Below are positions 40,069 through 54,269 of a DNA stretch of 64,000 nucleotides, piece after piece (position 1 is the first letter of the stretch; every line of letters begins with the position of its first letter). The notes beneath the pieces are model-generated. The model saw only the letters and a list, made by a program, of their open reading frames with translations, ran no database searches and was not told where the DNA came from. This DNA comes from Eledone cirrhosa (Eukaryota). The stretch is from NCBI GenBank assembly GCA_964016885.1, contig OZ024763.1, positions 23,870,001 through 23,934,000 of the forward strand. Reading direction: 5' to 3'. The position numbers and the translations under genes are program-made.

Positions 40069-40119
40069 GTGAGTGTATGTTTTATATGTATGAGTGTGTG
40101 TCTTTAGTTCATATATACA

Positions 40120-40174
<55 letters not shown>

Positions 40175-40373
40175 ATATAAAATATACACATTTTTAAAAA
40201 GCACAAAATATACACTTGCAATTTCTAATCCACAATAACCTTTTCATATTTTTTTTCTCTTTTTGAAATTTTCACTATAAAATTTTTAAAAACGCTTTCT
40301 GTCTGTAAATGTTGTATTGTTGTTGTCCATGTTGCTGTTGTTACTGTCTTTTTAGTCATTGATGTTCTGTAGC

Positions 40374-40424
<51 letters not shown>

Positions 40425-40948
40425 GTACATGTAGCTGTGTGTGTGTATGTGTGTGTGTGTATATATATATTTTCCAAGAAATGTCAACATGAATGGACCT
40501 GTTATTTTTCTCTAAGAACATTTTTTCCAATTCCACCCCACCCGTCTCTTCAATCTTTCTAATTTCTCATTCTTTCTTCTGATGAAGGACACTAGCGTCC
40601 AAAACATTAAGACCCTCTTCCTGCTATTTGAAGCATTAACCTAATATATTCCTTCCATATACTGTACTGATTGTGTTGTTATTTCTGTTTACCTTTTATA
40701 TATACATATATATGTATATATAACAAAGGAATTGTGGTAAGGAACCAAATGGACCATAACGCACCAGAGTACTCAATACTTAGGGTAGTAGAGTGGGAAA
40801 TAGGAAAAAGTATGACCCCAACGGCAGAGCTCAAGCCGTTACGACGGCTATTTCTGTCCAGAAATAGCCGTCGAAACGGCTTGAGCTCTTCAGTCGGGGT
40901 CATACTTTTCCTATATATATATATACACATATATACATATGTACATAT

Positions 40949-40996
<48 letters not shown>

Positions 40997-42261
40997 GTGT
41001 ATCTACCTATACACATACATGCTTACATACACACGTTCATATGGAGCACACATCAAATGTTAAGGAACCAATGTATACCACCCAGCAATACCATCTCTAA
41101 ACAACAACACCACCACCACCACCATTGCCACCACCACCTCTACAACCACCACTACCAACATCACCACCATCATTACCACCTCCACCACCAACAACAACAC
41201 CATTGTCGCTACCACCTCCACCAACATCGCCATCATCACCACCAATACTACAACCAATACCACCACCACCACCCACACCAATACCATCAACAGTCTCCCT
41301 TTTAGCTCCTCATTACAATGAGTCTCCTGTCATCAGATCACCAGAGCCTCAAACACATGAATTAACAAGTGGCCGCGCATTCGTCAGGCATTTGCATCTT
41401 TAAATGCATTTTGTAGCAGTAGTGTTGGTTGTAGTTGTGGTAGAGGTGGTAGTAATGAGGTTATTGGTCATGCTGGTGTTGATTATAGTGGTCGTAGTGG
41501 TAGTAGTGTTGGTGGTTGTAGTTGCGGTAGTAGTTGTAGTTGTGGTCGTGGTTATAGTTGTAGTAGTGATTGTAGTGTTAGTGGTTTTTTAGTTAGTTGT
41601 GGTAGTGTTGTAGTTTCAGTTGTAGTGTTGGTGGTTGTGACAGTGGTCGTAGTTGTGGCAGTGGTTGTAGTTGTGGTAGTGTTGTAGTGTTGGTGGTTGT
41701 GACAGTGGTCGTAGTTGTGGCAGTGGTTGTAGTTGTGGTAGTGTTGTAGTATTGGTGGTCATAGTTGTGGTAGCGGTTGTAGTTGTGGTAGTAGTAGGAG
41801 TGTTGGTGATTTTATAGTTAGTTGTTGTTGTAGTTGTGGTAGTGTTGTAGTGTTGGTGGTTGTAACAGAGTGGTTGTAGTTGTGGTAGTTGTTGTGGTAG
41901 TAGTAGTAGTGTTAGTGGTTTTATAGTTAGTTGTGGTCATAGTAGTGGTCATGGCAGTAGTTTGAGTTGTAGTGTTAGTGGTTGTAACAGTGGTGGTACT
42001 GTTGGTGATTTTATAATCAACCCTTTAGCATTTAAACCGGCCATATCTTGCCAGAATTCTCTCACCTCTTTCTGTTCAAACCGGCTGTAACCAGCCACTC
42101 ATACTGGTGTTAAGGTATTGTTCTCAAAATAAATAATATCAAAATCTCATAGATTCAATATTATGCAAGATAATTATGTGAGATAAAGTCTTTACTCTGA
42201 AAATATAATGTAAATATAGAGTAATATAAATACTAAAGGGTTAATGGTTGTTGTAGCTGTG

Positions 42262-43005
42262 GTAGTGTTGGTGGTAGTGGTAGCTGTTTGGGTTGTAGTG
42301 TTGGTGGTAGTGGTAGCTGTTTGGGTTGTAGTGTCGGTGGTAGTGGTAGGTGTTTGGGTTGTAGTGTTGGTGGTAGTGGTAGCTGTTTGGGTTGTAGTGT
42401 TGGTGGTAGTGGTAGCTGTTTGGGTTGTAGTGTCGGTGGTAGTGGTAGCTGTTTGGGTTGTAGTGTTGGTGGTAGTGGTAGCTGTTTGGGTTGTAGTGTT
42501 GGTGGTAGTGGTAGCTGTTTGGGTTGTAGTGTCGGTGGTAGTGGTAGCTGTTTGGGTTGTAGTGTCGGTGGTAGTGGTAGCTGTTTGGGTTGTAGTGTTG
42601 GTGGTAGTGGTAGCTGTTTGGGTTGTAGTGTCGGTGGTAGTGGTAGCTGTTTGGGTTGTAGTGTTGGTGGTAGTGGTAGCTGTTTGGGTTGTAGTGTTGG
42701 TGGTAGTGGTAGCTGTTTGGGTTGTAGTGTCGGTGGTAGTGGTAGCTGTTTGGGTTGTAGTGTCGGTGGTAGTGGTAGCTGTTTGGGTTGTAGTGTTGGT
42801 GGTAGTGGTAGCTGTTTGGGTTGTAGTGTCGGTGGTAGTGGTAGCTGTTTGGGTTGTAGTGTTGGTGATAGTGGTAGCTGTTTGGGTTGTAGTGTTGGTG
42901 GTAGTGGTAGCTGTTTGGGTTGTAGTGTCGGTGGTAGTGGTAGCTGTTTGGGTTGTAGTGTTGGTGGTAGTGGTAGCTGTTTGGGTTGTAGTGTTGGTGA
43001 TAGTG
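42262..43005. repeat. 30-bp minisatellite ggtggtagtggtagctgtttgggttgtagtgtt-like (~24 copies)
   Basis: Direct inspection. Confidence 0.92.
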
Positions 43006-43469
43006 TTGCTTATTTTGTAGTTAATGGTTGTTGTAGTTGTGACAGTGGTATAGGTGTTCCAGTTGTAGTTTTGTGCTAATATTGGCAGTGGTTTGTTTTA
43101 CTTGTTGTTGTGATGGTGGTGGTGATGGTGGTGGTGGTAGTAGTGGTGTTAGTGGAATAATTGTTTGGCTATGTGTGTGTGGTGTGTATGTGCTAAAGAG
43201 GAAAAAGAAAAGAAGACTTCACAGAGACAGAAAGAGAGAGTGATATAAGAGAGAGGGAGAGAGATAAAGATATAAAAGAGATAGACAGAGAGAGAGAGAG
43301 AAAGATGATATTTTTTGTTTGTATGTTTTTATAGCATTTGCTTTTTGCTTTGTGTGCGTGTATGTTTGTATATATATATATGAATATAAATATCTATCTA
43401 TCTATATATAAATATAAATATATATATACATATATATATAAAAATATATATATATATATGCCTATATAA

Positions 43470-43522
<53 letters not shown>

Positions 43523-43541
43523 TATATACACACACACACAT

Positions 43542-43587
<46 letters not shown>

Positions 43588-43894
43588 CATATATCTTTAT
43601 CTTTATTGTTTGTCAAAGTTCTTTCATTACAATCTGTGACCTCCCCAATGACGATGCTTTGTGTTCTTTTTTTCTGGTCTTAAACTTCTACTCCATTTTG
43701 TCTTTTTTTTTGTGGTGTGTTTTTCATGATTTGTATCTGTGCATGCATTTGCACCTTTGTCTGTGTGTGTGCACGCGTGTGTGTGTTTTAGTGCTTGTCA
43801 TGTCTATGTGTGTGTGGTTTATATCTTTTGCTGTTTGTGTCTTTTTCCACCTCCTATTCTGTTTTCAGTCATCAAGTTGCGGGCTGTTACTATT

Positions 43895-44660
43895 CCACCC
43901 ATGTTGTGTCAGTTCTATATGTGGATAGGATCTTTATTTCTATGTTATCTATAGAGCCCTCGTGTTCAAGTTTGACATGTTGGTATAGCTCTGATGAGCT
44001 TTTCTCCTCCTCAAGATCTCACCAGTGTTCCTTTAATCCCTCTCCTATACTACATACTGTCTCTCCTATGTATGTCGTTATCTTGTGTCTGCATCGTCCC
44101 TCTATACACCTTATCTGATACACTACAGTTTATCTGTGGGTTTATCTTACAGACTATACAGTTTCTATCAGTACAGGGGATTTTTCCTAAAGGAGTATGT
44201 CATTCTGATCCGGGATTTTATGGTAGCTCCTGCCTTTTCTACTACTTTAATCCTAGGGTTCATTTTATCTAAAGCTCTTCTAAAACGATATCCTAGTTCA
44301 CCTTTAGGGGTAACACCAACAAACATGACACTCTGGTATTTTTGGTTGTTGTACCATGAGTTGTCCTTGCCTATCTTTTTCTTAGTCCTTTCTATGCTAT
44401 CCTATGATTTGCTCCGGTATAGTGAGCAAATCCCATTTGTATCATTCTCCATAATGGCTTTGAATTTAGCCATGGCTACTTTGTATACTCTCATCCAGTC
44501 TCTTTGGTTACAACCAGAGAACTGTCTGTGTCTCTTTAAATCTGTTAGATCTCATAGTTGGATACATTTCTCATCACCCTTACCAGGTTCGCTATCAAGA
44601 TATTTGACTTATCATTATCTGACATACCTGAGTTCCAGTAGATCAGTTACTTTGACAAAT
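43895..44660 (-). mobile_element. Degenerate Penelope-like element: post-RT linker, Cys cluster and GIY-YIG endonuclease
   Basis: Minus strand, with stops and frameshifts: YQSVMFVGVTPKGEL...IKVVEKAG...CTDRNCIVC...NC....VY.GRC...TYIGETVCSIGEGLKEH...LYQHVKLEH. Confidence 0.8.
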
Positions 44661-44772
44661 GAATGAATAACGTAACAAGCAATAAAGATAAAGATAAAGT
44701 GAAAATTATATGGTGTGTGTGTGTGTGTTTCTTTCTATTAGCAATATTGGAAACATGACCACCCCCAAATAT

Positions 44773-44933
<161 letters not shown>

Positions 44934-45051
44934 CACCACTAGAATTGATTACTTGATCAACCAATGCTTTTTATTTTATATATAAATATATATATATATA
45001 TATAGACACACAGATATATACATATATATATACACATATATATATACACAC

Positions 45052-45113
<62 letters not shown>

Positions 45114-45338
45114 CATATACACACATATACATATACATATATACACATATACATATACATATATACACATATACATACATATATATATACATATATATAT
45201 TATATATATACATGTATATATTATATATATACATGTATATATATATACACACATATATATACATATATATACACACACATATATATACCTATATATATAC
45301 ATATATATATATACACATGTATATATATATATACACAC

Positions 45339-45387
<49 letters not shown>

Positions 45388-45813
45388 CATATACATACAT
45401 ATATATATATATACATATACATATATATATACATATATATATACATATATATATACATATACATATATATACACATATTATATACGTATATATATACACA
45501 TATACATATACATATATACAGACATATATATATACACATATATATGAGTCTTACGAGGGTGTGGCAACAATGGTGAAGGTGGGGATGAGCTTGGTAAGTA
45601 TCGATCTGTCTGTCTGTGTGTCTGTCACTGATTATAACATACACTCTGTACATTTTTTTTTACAGGTAACTAGGGTGAACATGATAATGATGATGATGAT
45701 GATAATGATGATAGTAGGTAGGGGGTAGGGTTGGCTTAGGTGGAGTGGAGGTTGTTAGCACAAGAAGGTGGTTGATGGGGGGGGGGGGATACTGCCCTCC
45801 TTAGAAGCTGGTT

Positions 45814-46361
45814 CTACTCGTCTTGCTTTTGTTGTTGTTGCTGTTGTTGTTGTTGTAGCTGTTGTTGTTGGTGTAGTAGTAAATATGGTTGTTGTTGTTG
45901 TTGTTGCTGTAGATGTTGTAGATGGGTCTGTTGTGGGTGGGGCTGTGGAAGCATATGATTGTTGGGGGCCCGATGAGAGAGTTCAAAGTCCTCGAAGGTG
46001 GGTGCACTCGGTACTGGTACCTGATAAGGTGAACAGATCGCTGCTGCAGTTGGTGGTGGTGGCAATCCAGCTGCGGCTGCTGCATGCACTGGTGGTGGTG
46101 GTGGCGCTTGCTGCTGTAGTTGTACATGTTGTAGTGCTGGCTGATGATGATGATGATGTTGTTGTTGTTGTTGCTGCTGCTGCTGAAGTTCCGCTCCACT
46201 TTCCGTGTCCAGAAGCCTGTTCATTGTCTCCGGCTTTTCGGAGGCTTTCTCCTCCTCGGCTGGGTAGCGCCGTTTCTTGCCGAATATGTTGTAAAGGAGG
46301 CTACCCATATAGGACGTCTTCTGTTTCTGGAGACTGTCTTCCTTGTCGGACAGTTTCTCAG
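45814..46361 (-). CDS. Terminal coding exon of a death-domain-like protein; low-complexity polyQ/H/P tail
   Basis: Strong acceptor ttctttcttttttctgttccag|; 548 nt, phase 1, open to TAG; [38 protein letters not shown]...QKQDE*; phase matches the exon at 48652-48804. Confidence 0.8.
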
Positions 46362-46398
46362 CTGGAACAGAAAAAAGAAAGAAAAATTGGTAAAGAAT

Positions 46399-46432
<34 letters not shown>

Positions 46433-46459
46433 CTGAGAAATTATTTACAGATATATATA

Positions 46460-46497
<38 letters not shown>

Positions 46498-46549
46498 AGA
46501 GAGAGAGAGAGAGAGAGAGAGACTGAGAAATTATTTACAGATATATATA

Positions 46550-46624
<75 letters not shown>

Positions 46625-46686
46625 GATTATTTACAGATATATATATATATAGAGAGAGAAAGAGAGGCAGACAGACAGAGATTATT

Positions 46687-46784
<98 letters not shown>

Positions 46785-46807
46785 TTACAGATATATATAT
46801 ATATATA

Positions 46808-46890
<83 letters not shown>

Positions 46891-47098
46891 TTACAGATAT
46901 ATATATATAGTGTATATATATATATATATGTATATAGTAATAATAATAAATTTGAAGACTAAAATCCAAAGAGGGCTCGATAAGGATAAATAGTTAGTTT
47001 CAGAAGATCCCGTTAAGGGTGAAAGCAGCGATTCTTTGCTTAAACTTTAATCTGTTATTTTAATAAATATATATATATATATATATATATAAATATAT

Positions 47099-47375
47099 AT
47101 GGAGGCACATGGCTTAGTGGTTAGAGAATTGGCCTATTCTCAGACCGGGTGATGTGTTGTTTCCTTGAGCAAGACACTTTATTTCACATTGCTCCACATG
47201 TAGGCGCCACGGAAAAAAAGCACCCACCACTCACTTTAAATGAGGTGTTAGGAAGCACCCACGACTCACTTTAAATTGGTGTTAGGAAGTGCATCCAGCT
47301 GTAGAAATCAAGCCAGAATCAGTTACCGTCCCACCCTTGCAAGCAGGGAAAAGCAGACGTAAAATGATGATGATG
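47099..47375 (+). mobile_element. SINE family 2 (tRNA head, RTE-like tail)
   Basis: tggcttagtggttaga head, ccttgagcaagacacttt core, (atg)n tail. Confidence 0.8.
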
Positions 47376-48035
47376 ATATACATATTAAATATATATATTA
47401 TAAATATATCAACTAGAAATTGATTGACACACACACACATATATATATATATATATGTCAATCAATTTCTAGTTGATTTAAAATGCTCGGATCTATTCAT
47501 TGGAATCTTTGAGCATATTCTACAGTGGATATGGCGCATGTCTCTCAGGCATGACACCCTTAATTTAATTTTGGATATATATATTTATATATACATACAA
47601 ATATATATATAAATATATACGATATTAACAAATGGAAACTATATTTATATTTATAAATATAGTTTCCATTTGTTAATATCGTATGTTTACTCCAAATACT
47701 TGTTGAGTGCTTTATATCAGTTATAAAAATATTTGCTTGTTATATCCCAACAATTTAAATAGAACTTTTGCATATAAATATATATAAATATATATACATA
47801 CATATATATATATAAATATATATACATACATATACATATATAAATATATATATAAATATATATATACATACATATATTAAGTGTTTCCGTAGGAATATAA
47901 ATATATATAAATATATATACATATATATATAAATATATATACATACATATATAAATATATATACATACATATATAAATATATATACATACATATATAAAT
48001 ATATACACATACATTTTTTTAAAATCTTTTTAATT

Positions 48036-48345
48036 TTTTACGTCCACTTTTTCCCTGCTTGCAAGGGTGGGACGGGAACTGATTCTGGCTTGATTTCTAC
48101 AGCTGGATGCCCTTCCTAACACCAACCTCATTTACAGTGAGTGCTGGGTGCTTTTATTCCATGGCGCCTACACGTCCACTTTACAGTGTGGGCTGGGTGC
48201 TTTTTTTGCCGTGGCACCTCCATGACCACTTTGCAGTGGAATGATAAGGACTTCAGTCCCTATCATCTCATTTCTACAGCTGAGTAAACTTGAGCAATGT
48301 GAAATAAAGTGTCTTGCTCAAGGAAACAACACATCACCAGGTCTG
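48036..48345 (-). mobile_element. SINE family 2 copy
   Basis: Near-exact reverse complement of parts of 52960-53216. Confidence 0.85.
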
Positions 48346-48651
48346 TATATATATATATATAAATATATACACATATATATATATATAAATATATATACAT
48401 ATATATATATATAAATATACATACATACATATATATATAAATATACATACATACATGTTTATAAATATATATACAAAGATGTATATAAATATATATAAAT
48501 ACTTATATATATATATATAAATATATGGAGGTGATAGCGGTGCTAGTGACAGTGGTGATGATGATGGTGGTGGTGGTGATGGTAATTGTGGTGATGATGA
48601 TGATAATGATGATGATGATTATGAAACAACAAAGAAAGGTCAGAAATTTAC

Positions 48652-48804
48652 TTTCATCTAATTTCAAAGCTATCATGTTAACAATATCAGATCGGTTACA
48701 TTTCTTGAGACACGTAAATAAATCAGTAATAGCTTCTGCTTTATCTTCTTTCCAACTCCGCCATTCACCAAAGTAGCCATTCACAGCCGTTTTGGGTTGA
48801 TCCC
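48652..48804 (-). CDS. Internal exon encoding the C-terminal half of a death-domain-like fold
   Basis: ttattttgtag| ... |gtaaat, 153 nt, phase 1-1; DQPKTAVNGYFGEWRSWKEDKAEAITDLFTCLKKCNRSDIVNMIALKLDE fits the W...L...L.K..R.DIV death-domain helix 4-6 pattern. Confidence 0.8.
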
Positions 48805-49254
48805 CTACAAAATAAGCAAAAAAACAATTTTTTAATGTATGTATTTATGTATGTGGAGTGGGTAGACCAAGAAAAACCTTGATTAAAAACTGGCTTGTAC
48901 AGAAGATCTGACTACCATTGCATACAAACCTACAGTCAGTAGACACCTCTCAGCTCAATGTACACCCCACTGCCTCTTCCTTTCCGTCCACTGTGTCGAT
49001 GACACAACAGTCCACACTGTAAAGTGGTCATGTAGGAGACACAGTAAAAAGGCTCCCAGTCCACACTGTAAATGTGGTTGGTGTTACGAAGGGCATCCAG
49101 CTGTAAAAAAAAAACCTGCCAGAGATGCTTCCATGCAAGTGAGACATGGTCTCGCAACCATTCCCACATTAAATGGAACAAAACCGTCTAACCCATGCAA
49201 GCGTGAAAGATGGATGTCAAACGCTGATGATGATGATGATATATATATAGACTG

Positions 49255-49998
49255 TATGATAGGTGTATACAAACAGCAACGTTACATGGTAGTGAGACCT
49301 AGGCGTTGTGTGTAGAAGACTTGTGTAGGTTAGAAAGAAATGAAGCTTGCATGCTCCGATGGATGTGTAATAGTAATATATGTGCTTGGCAAAGCATAAA
49401 CGAATTGAGAGAGAAACTGAGCAAAAGAGGAATCAAATGCTGTGTGCAGGAGATGGGGATGCATTGGTATGGAGATGTGATGTGTATGAAGGATGACAGC
49501 TGCATAAAAAGGTGCAGAGCACTAGAAGTCAATGGAAGCCGTGGTGTGGGGAGGCCCAAGAAGACCTGGGATGAGGTGATAAAAGCCGACCTTGCCCAAT
49601 TTCACCTCTCAAAGGCGATGACACAGGACCGTGACCTCTGGCGTCACGTTGTAATACAGAAGACCCGACTTCCCATGGGTACAAGCCGAAGCTGAAGCAT
49701 ATAGACAATATGCCCTCACCCCCTCCCTCTGCAAAGTGGTCGTGTAGCTGTCATGACAGAAAAGCACCCAGCCCACACTGTAAAGTGGTCGTGTAGGCGC
49801 CACGGAAAAAAAGCACCCAGCACTCACTGTAAATAAGGTTGGTGTTAGGAAGGGCATCCAGGTATAGAAATCAAGCCAAAATCAGTTCCCATATGAGCAA
49901 GACGTCACATGACTGGGCACTGCCCACAACAGGACAACCAGTCTAATCCATGCTAGCGTGAAAGAACGGACGTAAAATGGTGATGATGATGATGATGA
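49255..49998 (+). mobile_element. RTE-clade LINE 3' coding fragment plus 3' tail; relatives at 48850-49240, 50720-51155, 53930-54290
   Basis: RLERNEACMLRWMC...ELREKL...WYGDVM.M...GRPKKTWDEV...DRDLWR; (gat)n tail. Confidence 0.88.
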
Positions 49999-50477
49999 TA
50001 AATGTAATGTGCTTATTTTTGCTCACATCACACCAAGACGGTGATACATGCTTGCATAACTACATCTCATAATTGTGTGAGCATCTGATGATGTCACACG
50101 GAGATAATAATATAACCATTACATAACCACATCATTGAAATATATATTATGGAATAAAACAATTATGTAAAAGTAACCCCACCCCATCTTAAGAACATTT
50201 AATATATATATATATATATATATATAGTAATAATAATAAATGTGAAGACTAAAATCCAAAGAGGACAAGATAAGGATAAATATATATGAAATATATAAGA
50301 ACCCTAGAGCAAATATTTATGTATATATGCAGAAGGTATACAGAAATAACACATTACAATGAAGAAATATATTAGAATTTTTTCATATATATATGTATGA
50401 TATCTGTAGATAAAAGGTGAAGGAAAATAATGCACAATCTATTGCAAGAGAACATATTATATTTGTACCAGTACCCA

Positions 50478-50677
50478 ACAGTGATGCATCTGGACCCAGT
50501 TTATTGCGTGTTACAATTGTTTTCTCGAGTGAGAAAATTTGCTCAGAACGAACTACCCATCTCTGAAGGAACCTGCAGCCGTAGAATCAGCCAGATCCAT
50601 ACAGTGATCATGTCTTGAGCTACTTGCCGGCGAAACAATTGTAACACGCAATAAACTAGGTCCAGATGCATCACTGA
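50478..50677. mobile_element. Fold-back element with long-stem-II hammerhead-like motif (copy F, 50563-50655, +)
   Basis: CTGAAGGA-~60 nt-GAAA-caatt-GTA-acacgc-AATAAA; 50479-50523 is an inverted copy of 50632-50676. Confidence 0.6.
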
Positions 50678-51988
50678 TTTTTCGTTTTTTATACTATATA
50701 TATATATACACACATATATCGAGATCTTTGGCGCTACACAGTAATAGAGAAGACCCACCTTACCTAAATACAAAGTAAAACCTACTAGTCAGTAGGCACC
50801 TCTAACAAAATACACCCCCGTCCCACTACCCCCACCCCATCCACACCACCCCTTTCAATGTAAAGTTATGTTGGTACCACAACATCCAGGCCGAAACAAA
50901 TGAGGTCGTGTAGGTGTCATGATAAAAAAAACACACAGTCCACGCTGTAATGTGGCTGTGTAGGTAACACGGTAAAAACCTGCCAGTTCCACACTGTAAA
51001 TGTGGCTCGTGTTAGGAAGGGCATCCAGCCGTAGAAAACCCGCCAGACAGTCCTATGCGAGCAAGACAACCACTCTTGCCTCAAGTGGGAAAACTCCCGT
51101 CCAAACCCATGCAAGCGTGGAATATGGACGTTAAACGATGATGATGATGATGATATCGTATATATATATATATATATAATAATCACGCATGATGTTAAAC
51201 TAGCCTGCTTCTAAATTCCCTTTTTGGCATATTACCAGTGAGACCTTGGTTACCATGTTGAGCTCTGCTGATGAATGAAATCCAACCGTGACCATCCCCA
51301 CTGAAAGTTTTCGTGAAATAGTCTTTTCAAGACTATACAGAGCATTTGAAGTTGTCCCAAATTGAAGGTTGAGTACTTTAGACTTTGTTTTATCATGAGG
51401 TAAGGCTCTATTGATTTTTCCCTGGATTTCTCTAAATTCTGTTGGATAAATCTATATCCTGATTCCTTTTGAATTGAGTCTGAATTATTTTTCCCATATC
51501 TTATGTTAACTATTTTCCCATTTTGACGCTATAGTCACTTATATGTTATGGAATACTGTTAGCTTCTCGCTACAACAATTTCTATACTTTTCATTTATAT
51601 ATATATATATATATATAACGAAGGAAATGTGGTAAGGAACCAAGTGGACCATAACGCACCAAAGTACTCAATACTTAGGGTAGTAGAGTGGGTAATAGGA
51701 ACGAGTAGGACCCCGACGGCTGAGCTCAAGCCGTTTCGACGGCTAATTCTGGACTAAATGCTGGACTCCATTTAGTCCAGAATTAGCCGTCGAAACGGCT
51801 TGAGCTCAGCCGTCGGGGTCCTACTCATTCCTATATATATATATATATATATGGGGAGGGTCATCTTATAATATTGCCACAAATATATAGTAAAACACAC
51901 TCACTGTTTAGTTTGGGTTGGTTTTCATTTCAGTATACTTAATATTTCTATAATTAATTCAACTGTCAATCAATATTTATCCTTGATT

Positions 51989-52019
<31 letters not shown>

Positions 52020-52080
52020 AGTTTTAATATGTATTGAGTACCTTACTTACTGTGGTTACCTCCGATTCAACACGGAATAA

Positions 52081-52125
<45 letters not shown>

Positions 52126-52438
52126 AGTATAAATATATACACACAAATACACACATATATATATAGTATAAATATATATACACACACACACACATATATA
52201 TATATATATGTCACCAGCTGTCTACACAAACACACACATATATTTAGTCCAAGCTGTGACCAACATCAAGTGGCAATTTATTTACTATTGGAAATTTAAG
52301 TGAGAACAGGTGTGTGCGTGTGTGCGTGTGTGAGTGTATATATATATATTGATTTGTGTGTGTATATATATATTGATTTGTGTTGAAATCAGGTGCATAT
52401 TTAAATATTTAGATACTGTGCGTAAGTTTAGATAGGAG

Positions 52439-52553
<115 letters not shown>

Positions 52554-52892
52554 ATTAAATAAATGGAAACTATATTTATAAAACCATATTTATTTCATTA
52601 TATATATTTCAGGGATATCATATTAACAATATGCTATGCCTTCCTCAGACAAAATACAATATAAACAGTTCTATAGATAAATAGATTCGACATACCGTAA
52701 CAACATCGACTTGTATTTGAAAAGGTTGATTTCCAAATATTTGTCGAGTGCTTTTATATCAGTTATAAATATTTACGAGTTGTAACCCAACAATTTAAAT
52801 ATAACTTTCCATATATATATATATATACATTAATATAATAATATAATAATATTATATATATATACATAATATAATTATATTAATATATATAA

Positions 52893-53236
52893 TGGAGGCA
52901 CATGGCTCAGTGGTTAGAGCATTGGCCTTGCAATCGAAAGGTTGTGATTTCAATTCTCAGACTGGGCGATGTGTTGTTTCCTTGAGCAAGACACTTTATT
53001 TCACATTGCTCCAGTTTACTCAGCTGTAGAAATGAGATGATAGGGACTGGGGTCCCTATCATTCCACTGCAAAGTGGTCGTGGAGGTGCCACGGCAAAAA
53101 AGCACCCAGCACTCACTGTAAATGAGGTTGGTGTTAGGAAGGGCATCCAGCTGTAGAAATCAAGCCAGAATCAGTTCCCGTCCCACCCTTGCAAGCAGGG
53201 AAAAGTGGACGTAAAATGAAATGAAATGAATGATGA
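52893..53236 (+). mobile_element. Full-length SINE family 2
   Basis: A box tggctcagtggtta, degenerate B box, core and RTE-like tail. Confidence 0.85.
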
Positions 53237-53423
53237 TATATATATTAATATAATAATATTATATATATATACATAATATAATTATATTAATATATATATA
53301 TTAATATAATAAAACTTTAATCTGTTATTTTAATAAATATTTGCTCTACGGTTCTTATATATTTGATGTATATTTATCCTTATCGAGCCCTCTTTGGATT
53401 TTAGTCTTCAAATTTATTATTAT

Positions 53424-53476
<53 letters not shown>

Positions 53477-53673
53477 GGAAAAAGTATGACCCCGACGGCA
53501 AAGCTCAAGCCGTTTCGTCAGCTATTTCAGTCCAGAAATAGCCGTCGAAACGGCTTGAGCTCTGCCGTCGGGGTCATACTTTTTCCTTTTTTCCTATTTC
53601 CCACTCTACTACCCTAAGTATTGAGTACTCTCGTGCGTTATGGTCCATCTGGTTCCTTACCACAATTCCTTCG

Positions 53674-53707
<34 letters not shown>

Positions 53708-54269
53708 AGAGAGAGAGAGAGAGATGAGTGTATATAGTGTGTGTTAGATAAGTTCTATTAATATATATATATATATATATATACATACATACATATATAA
53801 ACATATATACATATATGTATGTGTATAAAAATATACATATATGTATGTGAATATAAATATGCATACATATATATATATATATATGTATGTATTTATGTAT
53901 ATGTATGTAAATGTGTGTGTGTGTGAAGGAGAGGAGAATGCGTTAGTATGGACATGTGATGCATATGAAGAATGACACGTGTATAAAAAGGAGCAGAGAA
54001 CTCAAAGTTGATGGAAGCCATGGAGTGGGGAGACCCAGGAAGACTTGGGATGAGGTGATAAAAGCTGACCTTGCTCAATTGACCTCTCAAAGGTGATGAC
54101 ACAGGACTGAGATCTCTGGCGTTACGCAGTAATACAGAAGACCCGCCTTCCCAGGGCTGAAGCTGAAGCATACATATAGTATGCACCAACCTCACCTCGA
54201 CCCCGCCTTACTCTTCCATACATCTCCCATGAGGACAGGCTGAAACATATACCTAGTGAAGCCCCCCCG

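Noticed and set aside
44085-44666. 193-aa plus-strand hydrophobic ORF
   Set aside because: Antisense shadow of the Penelope-like fragment
51250-51525. ~90-codon stop-free minus-strand frame as the missing death-domain exon
   Set aside because: No death-domain pattern and no convincing splice sites
52893-52970. tRNA genes at SINE heads (also 2370-2438, 5765-5855, 27175-27245)
   Set aside because: No complete cloverleaf; each continues into a SINE core
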